Source: an uncultured Candidatus Peribacteria bacterium
GTDB taxonomy: Bacteria > Patescibacteriota > Gracilibacteria > UBA4473
DNA length: 43,061 nucleotides
Reading direction: 5' to 3'
Assembly: GCA_964468965.1 (NCBI GenBank)
Contig: CAYXXA010000004.1
Location: 1 to 43,061 of the forward strand
Every line of letters starts with the position of its first letter. The first letter of the stretch is position 1. Position numbers and translations under genes: made by a program. Positions 8,562 through 16,443 of the stretch are shown piece after piece. The notes beneath the pieces were generated by a model that was given only the letters and a program-made list of their open reading frames with translations, did no database searches and was not told the DNA's origin.

Positions 8562-10130
8562 TCAACTACAGTTTGCCCGCTCTTCATACGTCAAAATCGG
8601 TTTTTCTAAAATATCTGGTATCTGCATCATCGATCGAGCCAAGAGCTTGGCAATTTGTAAATTAATAATTAACGGAATATTCCGATCAATCGTTTTTCGT
8701 CGGATAAGATACCCATCAGATTCTTCTTCGTGTGAAAATTTATTTGAGGTATTAATTACCAATGAAACCTCTTGTCTATCAATTAAGTCTTCAACGCTAG
8801 GATGTTTCTTTTCTGAAATTTTATAAACCATTTCACAGTCTATGCCATTTCGTTTCAAAATCTTAGATGTTCCCTCGGTGGCAACAAATTTAAAACCGAG
8901 TTGTTTAAATTTCCGTGCGATGGGGAGAAACCCAATTTTATCTTCAATTTTCCCAAGCGTTACAAGTATTTTTGTCCCCACTTTAGGCATAGTAAACCCG
9001 ACCGAAATCATGGATTTGATAAACGCTTCCTCGAGGGTGTCCCCAAAACAAGCCACCTCTCCAGTCGAACTCATCTCTACACCGAGATTCGGGTCTGCAT
9101 TTTTAAGTCGAGAAAATGAAAATTGTGCTGCTTTCAAGCCAACCGATTGAATATCCAATGGATTTTTTTCTTGATTTTCCATTTCCTCCCCCATCCAGAT
9201 CCGTGTCGCCACTTCAATGAAATTTTGCCCTAAAACTTTAGACGCAAAAGGAAATGACCGAGACGCTCTCAGATTACATTCAATGATTTTAATTTCGTTT
9301 TCTTTTGCAAGAAATTGAATATTAAACGGTCCTGAAATATTGAGTTCTTTCGCTAATTTCTGAGCCACATTTCGTACTCGGCGAACAGTCTCTATATATA
9401 GATTCTGCGGTGGTAAAACAATAGTCGCATCACCAGAATGAACCCCTGCATTTTCGATATGTTCCGCAATCGCCGAAACGATAATCTCTCCATTTTGTGC
9501 CACACCATCGAATTCAATTTCTTTAGAATTTTCCTGAAACTTTGAAATCACGACCGAAGAATCAGTTGTCCCTACCGCTGTTTTCAGGTAATCCCTAAGC
9601 ATTTCTTCGGTTGTCGCTACCGCCATCGCGGCTCCAGACAGGACAAAAGACGGACGAACTAATACCGGATACCCAACTTCTTTGGCAAAATCATAAGCCT
9701 CCTGTAACTGATCAAACACCGCCCAACAAGGCTGATCAATCCCTAAATCATCACAAAGTTGTGAAAATTTTTCTCGGTCTTCACATCGATCAATCGAATC
9801 CACGGGTGTTCCCAGTAAAGGCAATCCTGCTTCTGCCAGCTCCATTACCATATTCTGTGCAATTTGTCCTCCTGTTGAGAAGATAACGCCATCTGGTTTT
9901 TCTTTGTCATAAATATCCAAAACACGTTCCACACTCAACTCTTCAAAGTAAAGCCGATCACATTCATCAAAATCGGTCGAAACCGTCTCGGGATTGGAAT
10001 TGATAAAAATCGTCTCGTGTCCGAGTTTCTTAAGTGTTCGCAAAACTTGTACCCCACACCAGTCAAACTCAACCGAACTCCCGATACAATAAGGCCCCGA
10101 ACCGATAATGAGGATTTTTTGTTTATTCAT
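8562..10130 (-). CDS. carB: Carbamoyl-phosphate synthase large-subunit homolog, C-terminal half only (second ATP-grasp repeat plus MGS-like domain)
   Basis: KILIIGSGPYCIGSSVEFDWCGVQ...FINSNPETVSTDFDECDRLYFE...GGQ...GTPVDSIDRCEDREKF aligns with the start of the second synthetase repeat of CarB. It also has the ATP-grasp core (GYPVLVRPSFVLSGAAM, EHIENAGVHSGD) and a C-terminal MGS-like domain (FKFVATEGTSKIL...LVINT). At 522 aa it is half the ~1070 aa of full CarB. Confidence 0.85.
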   Translation of the reverse strand: MNKQKILIIGSGPYCIGSSVEFDWCGVQVLRTLKKLGHETIFINSNPETVSTDFDECDRLYFEELSVERVLDIYDKEKPDGVIFSTGGQIAQNMVMELAEAGLPLLGTPVDSIDRCEDREKFSQLCDDLGIDQPCWAVFDQLQEAYDFAKEVGYPVLVRPSFVLSGAAMAVATTEEMLRDYLKTAVGTTDSSVVISKFQENSKEIEFDGVAQNGEIIVSAIAEHIENAGVHSGDATIVLPPQNLYIETVRRVRNVAQKLAKELNISGPFNIQFLAKENEIKIIECNLRASRSFPFASKVLGQNFIEVATRIWMGEEMENQEKNPLDIQSVGLKAAQFSFSRLKNADPNLGVEMSSTGEVACFGDTLEEAFIKSMISVGFTMPKVGTKILVTLGKIEDKIGFLPIARKFKQLGFKFVATEGTSKILKRNGIDCEMVYKISEKKHPSVEDLIDRQEVSLVINTSNKFSHEEESDGYLIRRKTIDRNIPLIINLQIAKLLARSMMQIPDILEKPILTYEERANCS

Positions 10131-10371
10131 AATGATTTGATAGATACATAAGATAAATTATCTCTCCACTTCTTTGAAAAATTACACGCCATGACTTATT
10201 CACACGAAAAGAATAGTTTTCTGCATGCTTTGGTTCTAATTTTTCAGTATGTAGACTTGGATAAAAAACATCAACTTCAAGGAAGGTTATTTGTTTCAAA
10301 CACTGTTTTTGTATTTTTGAATCTAGCTTTTTAAAATCTTTCAAAAATTGCTTCGTTAGTCTAATTTTCAT
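10123..10371 (-). CDS. Type II toxin, RelE/ParE superfamily
   Basis: 82 aa. The pattern K.F.KDFKKLD......L......L........P.L...KL......YSFRVNKSWRVIF...GEIIYL..L.NH is typical of RelE/ParE-fold toxins. The ATG is 1 nt after the upstream antitoxin stop, and its stop overlaps the carB-like ATG by 8 nt (ATGAATAA). Confidence 0.7.
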   Translation of the reverse strand: MKIRLTKQFLKDFKKLDSKIQKQCLKQITFLEVDVFYPSLHTEKLEPKHAENYSFRVNKSWRVIFQRSGEIIYLMYLSNHYE

Positions 10372-10372
10372 G

Positions 10373-10630
10373 TTAAACCTTTTGAAGTAATTCTTCTAAA
10401 TTTATATCACTACTAAACTCAAAAGTCTCACCTGTTTCAATTTCTGCACTCGCTTGCCTAAATTTTTCAATATCTAGAATAGGAAGGCAATCTTCATCTG
10501 ATGCCGTTTCAACTTTTATGAAAACTTTTTTCCCATTTGGGAGTAAAAATGAGCTACTTCCCACCGAAGCATTACCGCGAAGAATTTTAAATATATTTTT
10601 TTGGAGCTGACTTTCACTGATAATCGTCAT
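10373..10630 (-). CDS. Putative antitoxin (Phd/YefM-like N-terminus)
   Basis: 85 aa from the ATG at 10630 (the listed ORF starts at a GTG 9 nt upstream). The N-terminus TIISESQLQKNIFKILR...GKKVFIKV resembles the Phd/YefM beta-alpha start, and the C-terminal half is acidic. It sits immediately upstream of the toxin. Confidence 0.55.
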   Translation of the reverse strand: MTIISESQLQKNIFKILRGNASVGSSSFLLPNGKKVFIKVETASDEDCLPILDIEKFRQASAEIETGETFEFSSDINLEELLQKV

Positions 10631-10841
10631 CGAAATCACTATAAACCATTTTTTTTTTTATTCAAAAAATTATTCAACAGTTTTCATCTATATATCCCAA
10701 AAAAGTTCCTATTTTTTCTACCATAAAAAAAGATATTCCGTTGGATAATATGAAGTCTCCTACGGGGAGACTCTGTTGAAGAAAAAACACTTAAACATTA
10801 CGAGTAGGATTACTCTTTTCTATCCATTTTAACAAATAAAA

Positions 10842-13007
10842 CTATGCATAAAAGGTTATATCTAGATGATTACCTTCTGGATGAAATTTCATTTTCTGAC
10901 CTTTAACAACTTTGGTATAAAATGCATTAACTGGGGTCTTTGGAATTGATAACTTCGCCATCAGTTTTGCTGTCTTTTTTGAGCTATAAGGTAAATCTAC
11001 TTTTCTACCGCCTCCATGTGTATTAGTTCCCTCTAAAGTATGATTTTTTAAACGTCTTCTCATCTGAGCAGCTGTTTTTGCGCCACTATGACCAACCTCT
11101 GTACCACCACTAATAACAAGTCCATGAACATACGAGCTTAAAATACGTAAACCTTTAATAGTTTCAGGCATAAAACCCGTTACTGCTGTCGCTTTAGGAT
11201 TCAGTCTATTTCTAGTATCATTACCCGATGATTTAACAGTTATCCCAAGTGATTTTAAAGCACTCATAGCTTCCTCATAAGATAAACCACGTGTTGGGCC
11301 CTTTTTAAGACGTTCTCTTTGCTTTTTTCGTTTTGCAACGATCGCTCGCCTTGGACCATACCCCAGTTTTTTATATACTTCGGCGTGACGTAATACTTTC
11401 ATCGCATACTCTCTTGCTTCCCTCTTTGGTTTTCCATTATCAAAATTAATTTCTGATATGAGTTCTGCTACTGGTCTTCCTTCTTTTTTGGCTCTTTTGG
11501 CTAACTTTGTTACCTTCCCAATTCCATGATTGTAAGCGGTTAACGCCAATAAGGTTTGATCTGGTCCATAATCCTTAAAATCGTTCATCATCATACCCAA
11601 ATACGTAGCTCCAACCTTAATACTTATTTCTGGGTCAGTAAGATCACTCTTTTTATAACTCGTTCCTAATCTATCATTTACATCTTTTAGTGCTAGACCC
11701 ATAACCTGCGTTAACCCACAAGCTCCTTTACGGGATATCTTAGTACACACACCTGAAGATTCTCGGTGAATCAGCCCCGCTAAAAGCGATGGCTCAATAC
11801 CATTTTCATTGGCATATTTATCAATCCACTTTCCATATTTAGATAGATTCGCCACGGATTCATTCTTTAGGCTTATCTCTTTCTCAGCCGTATCTCCCTC
11901 ATTTTCTCCATAAATGTCTGCCAATTCTATCTCTTTCCCTCCTCTCCACTTTATAAGGGTTCCATTTTCCATTGAAAATTCGTCTCCTGGTCGATAGTTA
12001 TGAGGATCAAATCCATCATATTCTTCCGCTAATCGAATAATCCTTACAGCTTCGTCTTTTCCAAACTGATTACGCAAAATACCAAATAAGTGTCCCCCCT
12101 TGGCAGTTGCTGGAGTTTTTTCCATATTAACCGACTTGCCTTTTGGCAAATCTAATAGTACCCGCTTATTATAGATTTTCACTCGTCGCTCTTTACCTGA
12201 TTTACTTTGGAAAATCAAATACCCACCATCTTTTTCACTTTTAATTGAAGCTGTATCTCCTGGTTGAAAATATCCAACATCAAACCCAGCTCCTTTGGCC
12301 CGTGCAATAATTTCATTCACAGTAGGCTTCTTAAAGTGTTTTAGTAAAATTCCATACAAATAACCACCTTTCTTCGTTAATGGGGTCGCTGGCATTTCAA
12401 TGCCTTCTAGAGGGTCCCATTTTTCTTCTGAACTACCTTCGATTGAGTCTATGTCGCTCCCGTCTATTACGTCTGTAGTACCATTATTTTCAGCCTTATC
12501 ACGCTTATTGGATGAAGTAGTGTGATCTGCCTCGGTTGTAATTTGATTATCTCCTCCTTCGCTCCCTTCTTTTTTTGAAAAGTTCTTAGCGTTTACATTT
12601 TTAATTGAACTGTAATCTCCATTGAATGGTTTATATACTTTTCTAGCTTTTTCATCCTTAGTTGGTTTTGCATTCATTAAGTCTGAAAGAGTGTTCATTA
12701 AACTATTTAACTCTGCTAAGCTCGCTTTATTCTCAGGTGTACTTTTATCTTTAGTGAGTATCTTCTTGATAATAGTTGAAAGTTCTTTTTCCGTAACAAC
12801 ACCCTTATCTAAAACCGCTCTAATTTGTGCATTAGCGATAGCAGTCTTGTTTTTTAATTCATCATCATTCTCCGCTGGAACAACTTTTAAATCAGGGTTT
12901 TCCTCTTGTTTTACCAATATGTCAGACATCGTTTCTAATGATGGGTTTGATCTTAAAAATAAGAATAATTTTGATTTTTCCGCCAACCGATTTTTTAGTG
13001 TTTTCAT
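10842..13007 (-). CDS. Multidomain peptidoglycan hydrolase: tandem ~70-aa repeats, SLT lytic transglycosylase and LAS/M15-type zinc peptidase
   Basis: SLT motifs lie at aa ~392-545: HRESSG...GACGLTQV...AYNHGIGK. The C-terminal ~145 aa carry ISGGTE.GHS, THGGGRKVD (H-x6-D) and NHLDITF, matching the M15A/LAS zinc-peptidase pattern. Two homologous modules lie at aa ~206-280 and ~298-367 (KGGYLYGILLKHF...YFQPGD / KGGHLFGILRNQF...YRPGD). No signal peptide or TM helix is visible. Confidence 0.75.
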   Translation of the reverse strand: MKTLKNRLAEKSKLFLFLRSNPSLETMSDILVKQEENPDLKVVPAENDDELKNKTAIANAQIRAVLDKGVVTEKELSTIIKKILTKDKSTPENKASLAELNSLMNTLSDLMNAKPTKDEKARKVYKPFNGDYSSIKNVNAKNFSKKEGSEGGDNQITTEADHTTSSNKRDKAENNGTTDVIDGSDIDSIEGSSEEKWDPLEGIEMPATPLTKKGGYLYGILLKHFKKPTVNEIIARAKGAGFDVGYFQPGDTASIKSEKDGGYLIFQSKSGKERRVKIYNKRVLLDLPKGKSVNMEKTPATAKGGHLFGILRNQFGKDEAVRIIRLAEEYDGFDPHNYRPGDEFSMENGTLIKWRGGKEIELADIYGENEGDTAEKEISLKNESVANLSKYGKWIDKYANENGIEPSLLAGLIHRESSGVCTKISRKGACGLTQVMGLALKDVNDRLGTSYKKSDLTDPEISIKVGATYLGMMMNDFKDYGPDQTLLALTAYNHGIGKVTKLAKRAKKEGRPVAELISEINFDNGKPKREAREYAMKVLRHAEVYKKLGYGPRRAIVAKRKKQRERLKKGPTRGLSYEEAMSALKSLGITVKSSGNDTRNRLNPKATAVTGFMPETIKGLRILSSYVHGLVISGGTEVGHSGAKTAAQMRRRLKNHTLEGTNTHGGGRKVDLPYSSKKTAKLMAKLSIPKTPVNAFYTKVVKGQKMKFHPEGNHLDITFYA

Positions 13008-13062
13008 GTTTTTTATTTTTATGGCTAATATTGAGTTTAATTAACTGAATTTAGCAAAGAAA

Positions 13063-13383
13063 CTAATTGAGTATTTCTAGCTGTTTTGCTAATTCTGCCT
13101 CAGCTTCATCAACCTCCTGTTGATGCAAAGCGATTTCCTCTCGCATAATATTGGCTAAAACTTCATGCGTAATCCCGTTTTGAAGATCCCCAAAAAAGTT
13201 TGGATTTTTTTCCATCGCGGATTTAATGAGTTTCGTCTGAACTTCATCTATCTTAATCAAAGTCGGTAAAATCCGTTTCAAAACATTTTCATCACTCGAC
13301 TCAATACGCGTACGCATAGCTTGCTCCAGAAAGAGATTTCGTCCTAAGAGTTCTGTAACTTGTTCACGAATAGATAAACTCAT
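13063..13383 (-). CDS. Hypothetical small helical protein (106 aa)
   Basis: ATG-initiated ORF that looks all-helical and acidic. A near-consensus promoter ends 6 nt upstream of the ATG. No motif recognised. Confidence 0.55.
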   Translation of the reverse strand: MSLSIREQVTELLGRNLFLEQAMRTRIESSDENVLKRILPTLIKIDEVQTKLIKSAMEKNPNFFGDLQNGITHEVLANIMREEIALHQQEVDEAEAELAKQLEILN

Positions 13384-13389
13384 CTAGAC

Positions 13390-13418
13390 ATTATACCATA
13401 AATAAAAATGTTTTTCAA
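13390..13418 (-). promoter_or_regulatory. Sigma70-type promoter TTGAAA-17-(TGG)TATAAT, 6 nt upstream of the ATG (predicts a leaderless mRNA)
   Basis: On the minus strand: TTGAAA (13413-13418), a 17-nt spacer ending in TGG (extended -10), then TATAAT (13390-13395). Six nt (13384-13389) follow before the ATG at 13381-13383. Confidence 0.6.
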
Positions 13419-13552
13419 GACTTTTACCTCTTGATAATTCCTCTTCAAGCTACTCTAGTGTAAATAAGTCAAAAATTAATATAAAAACCTCCTCAATCCT
13501 CTCCTTTAAAAAGGAAGATTAAGCTGAATTCTTTTGTATTTATTATTCCTCT

Positions 13553-15151
13553 TTAAATTACCGCGCTTATAAATTCTCGAAATAACGGATGTGGCTCAAA
13601 TGGTCGACTCTTGAGTTCCGGATGAAACTGTGAACCAATCATAAAGGGGTGATCCACCACTTCAACAATTTCCACTAAGTCCCCATCTGGACTTTGCCCT
13701 GAGACCGAAAATCCCGCCGCTTCAAATTGGTTTCGGTAATCATTATTAAACTCATATCGATGACGATGTCGTTCATTTATTTTTGTTGAACCATAAATTT
13801 GTTCAGCAAGACTTCCCTTCTTTAATTTACAAGGATAAGAGCCAAGTCGCATCGTCCCACCTTTTTTTCGAATCGTTCGTTGCTCAGGGATATAATGAAC
13901 TACTAAATTTTGCGCATTCGGATGAAATTCTTCTGAAGTAGCATTCTTTATACCTAGAACATTTCGAGCAAATTCCATTGCCATAATCTGCGATCCTAAA
14001 CAAAGCCCTAGATATGGTTTCTTATTTACTCGACAGTAGTTTGCCACCTTTATCTTTCCTTCAATGCCTCGTGTTCCGAAACCACCTGGTACGATAATAC
14101 CCGCTACGCTTTCTAATTTCGCCAACTCTTCTGCATCATCCGCTTCGATTTTTTCGGTATCAATCCATTCGATCTCAACCTTTCGATCATGGAAAAATCC
14201 AGCCGACTTAGCCGCTTCGATAACAGAAATATACGCATCATCTAACTCGTTATACTTTCCAGCCAAACCAATCGTTAACCGTTTTTTCGCTTTTTTTCGT
14301 TTTTCAAATCCTAACTCCCAAATAGACATATCAAAAGTCAAATCACCCAGTCCTAGTTTTTGCGCAAGAATATTTCCTAAATTTGATTTTTGGAACCGAA
14401 GTGGTACTTCGTAAATGGACGACACGGTTTCCGCTGGGATAACCGCTTCATCGTCTACATCACAGAAGTAGGCTACTTTTTTCAGAAGTTTCTTCGGAAT
14501 CCGCTGATCAGCTCGACAAAAGATAATATCAGGTGTTATTCCTTTTGATCGTAATTCTTTCACTGAAAGCTGTGTTGGTTTTGTTTTTAATTCTTTTGAA
14601 GCCGCCAAGTAAGGAAGAAGCGTCAAGTGCAGTGAAATACAATTTTGTCCATATTTGTGTTTCATCTGTCGTAAAACTTCAAAAAATGGTTCGGCTTCAA
14701 TATCCCCTACTGTGCCTCCAATCTCAACTACCATAATATCAACTTTCAATTTTTTGGCAGCTTTCTCAACCTTCGATCGTAATTTGTCCGTAATATGAGG
14801 AACAATCTGAATCGTTCCTCCAAGGTACTTCCCTTCCCGTTCTTCCGCTAAAACTTCAGAGTAAATTTTCCCTGAACTAACCGAACAATCCGAAACCAAA
14901 GGCGTATCAATAAAACGTTCATAATGTCCCAAATCCAAATCGGTTTCCCCTCCATCATCAAGGACAAAGACTTCTCCGTGCTGAAAAGGACTCATCGTCC
15001 CTGGATCAACATTGAGATATGGATCAAGTTTCATAATACCAACCTTTTGACCGGCTGATTTTAGAATAGCAGCGGTACTAGAAGCGACAATACCCTTTCC
15101 AAGACTACTGCAAACTCCACCCGTGACGAATACGAATTTTGTATGGATCAT
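13553..15151 (-). CDS. pyrG: CTP synthase
   Basis: MIHTKFVFVTGGVCSSLGKGI is the canonical PyrG N-terminus. It also has the amidoligase domain and the C-terminal GATase (GLCLGSQ catalytic Cys, HRHRYEFN, FHPE). The 13 codons upstream of this ATG in the listed ORF look like non-coding extension. Confidence 0.93.
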   Translation of the reverse strand: MIHTKFVFVTGGVCSSLGKGIVASSTAAILKSAGQKVGIMKLDPYLNVDPGTMSPFQHGEVFVLDDGGETDLDLGHYERFIDTPLVSDCSVSSGKIYSEVLAEEREGKYLGGTIQIVPHITDKLRSKVEKAAKKLKVDIMVVEIGGTVGDIEAEPFFEVLRQMKHKYGQNCISLHLTLLPYLAASKELKTKPTQLSVKELRSKGITPDIIFCRADQRIPKKLLKKVAYFCDVDDEAVIPAETVSSIYEVPLRFQKSNLGNILAQKLGLGDLTFDMSIWELGFEKRKKAKKRLTIGLAGKYNELDDAYISVIEAAKSAGFFHDRKVEIEWIDTEKIEADDAEELAKLESVAGIIVPGGFGTRGIEGKIKVANYCRVNKKPYLGLCLGSQIMAMEFARNVLGIKNATSEEFHPNAQNLVVHYIPEQRTIRKKGGTMRLGSYPCKLKKGSLAEQIYGSTKINERHRHRYEFNNDYRNQFEAAGFSVSGQSPDGDLVEIVEVVDHPFMIGSQFHPELKSRPFEPHPLFREFISAVI

Positions 15152-15270
15152 TACGGGTTTTAATTGTAGCGTGAAATATAGGAAAGGCAAAGATTTTTGA
15201 GAGAAATTTATATCTTCTCATAACGAGACTCATCAAAAAAAGTTCAACCGCTAAATTAATAAATTCATTA

Positions 15271-15305
15271 ATTGTTAATTGATCATTGTTAATTGATCAT
15301 TGTTA
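15271..15305. repeat. Tandem 14-nt repeat, 2.5 copies (ATTGTTAATTGATC), spanning the ruvB stop codon
   Basis: Read directly: ATTGTTAATTGATC at 15271-15284, the same at 15285-15298, and ATTGTTA at 15299-15305. Confidence 0.85.
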
Positions 15306-16336
15306 CCTGACGATGGTTTCATTCCCAAATGTATGAATCCATGATCCGTCACCTGCCGTCCCCGTGGAGTTCGAGTAATCAATCCCTCACGAATAAGAAA
15401 CGGCTCGATCATATCCTCAATCGTATTAGTATCTTCTCCAATCGCTGCCGCTATCGTCGAAAGCCCAACAGGTCCCCCATTAAATTTTTCACAAATGGTT
15501 TTTAAATATTCTTGGTCTGAAAAATCCAGACCTTTATGATCAACAGAAAGACTTGACAACCCTTCTTTTACGACTTTCTTAGTAATTACATTGTCGTGTA
15601 AAATCTCAGCAAAATCTCGCATTCGCCGAAGAAGTCGATTGGCAATTCGAGGCGTTGCCCGAGAAGATTTTGATAATAATTTCCCCGCAGAGTCATCCAT
15701 TTTTATATTTAAAATATTAGCTGACCGCTTAAGAATTTCCTCAATCTCATCATCTTCATAGTACCGCAATTTTTCCACGTGCCCAAAACGATCTCGCAAG
15801 GGATTAGATAACCTTGACATTAGTGTGGTCGCTCCGACAAGTGTAAATTTAGGAACATTAATCCGCATTGTTCGGGCCGAAGGACCTTTTCCAATCACTA
15901 AGTCGATCGCAAAATCTTCCATGGCGGTATAGAGAATCTCCTCAACCGGCATTCGTAGTCGATGAATTTCGTCAATAAAGAGAAAATCGCCTTCTTGAAG
16001 ATTAGAAAGAATAGATGCTAAATCTCCTGGTTTTTCCAGAGCGGGTCCAGAAGTAACCCGCAACTGTGTTCCCATCTCATTCGCGAGAATCATTGCCAAT
16101 GTCGTTTTTCCTAACCCTGGTGGACCGTAAAAAATCGTGTGATCTAAAGTTTCCCCTCGTTTCTTTGCCGCCGCTACAAATACGGATAAATTCTTTTTCA
16201 CATCCCCCTGTCCCACATAACTATCAAAATCCTTTGGACGTAATTTATTTTCAAAAACCTCCGCTTCATCACTTGTACTTTGTGAACTCGTGACAACACT
16301 GGTCGATTTTTGTGAGACTATTTCTTCGTCGATCAT
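15275..16336 (-). CDS. ruvB: Holliday junction branch-migration ATPase RuvB
   Basis: LRPKDFDSYVGQ, Walker A GPPGLGKTT, Walker B LFIDEIHRL, sensor TLVGATT, and the winged-helix C-terminus GLITRTPRGR. The start is placed at the ATG at 16336 (MIDEE...); the listed longer ORF begins at a TTG. Confidence 0.93.
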   Translation of the reverse strand: MIDEEIVSQKSTSVVTSSQSTSDEAEVFENKLRPKDFDSYVGQGDVKKNLSVFVAAAKKRGETLDHTIFYGPPGLGKTTLAMILANEMGTQLRVTSGPALEKPGDLASILSNLQEGDFLFIDEIHRLRMPVEEILYTAMEDFAIDLVIGKGPSARTMRINVPKFTLVGATTLMSRLSNPLRDRFGHVEKLRYYEDDEIEEILKRSANILNIKMDDSAGKLLSKSSRATPRIANRLLRRMRDFAEILHDNVITKKVVKEGLSSLSVDHKGLDFSDQEYLKTICEKFNGGPVGLSTIAAAIGEDTNTIEDMIEPFLIREGLITRTPRGRQVTDHGFIHLGMKPSSGNNDQLTMIN

Positions 16337-16443
16337 ATTAAATTTTCCAGTTATTCGTTTAAAAGCCTGCCCACCATAGCTTAAAAAACTTTTTCTATAT
16401 AATAGCGGAGATGGGTTCAAAGTTCAAAGAATTTAAAAAGAAA

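Noticed and set aside
15152-15190. N-terminal extensions of pyrG (to 15190), ruvB (to 16420), the nuclease (to 28586), the Wzy-like gene (to 26967) and the antitoxin (to 10639) in the ORF track.
   Set aside because: The extensions start at TTG or GTG, or add residues ahead of the conserved family N-terminus (for example MIHTKFVFVTGG in PyrG). An in-frame ATG at the canonical position explains each gene better.
15271-15305. CRISPR array, tandem-repeat locus or mobile-element ends anywhere in the window.
   Set aside because: The only direct repeats I saw are the 14-mer at the ruvB 3' end (2.5 copies, no spacers) and an 11-mer pair inside the methyltransferase gene. I recognised no repeat-spacer periodicity, transposase, integrase or terminal inverted repeats, including next to either tRNA gene.
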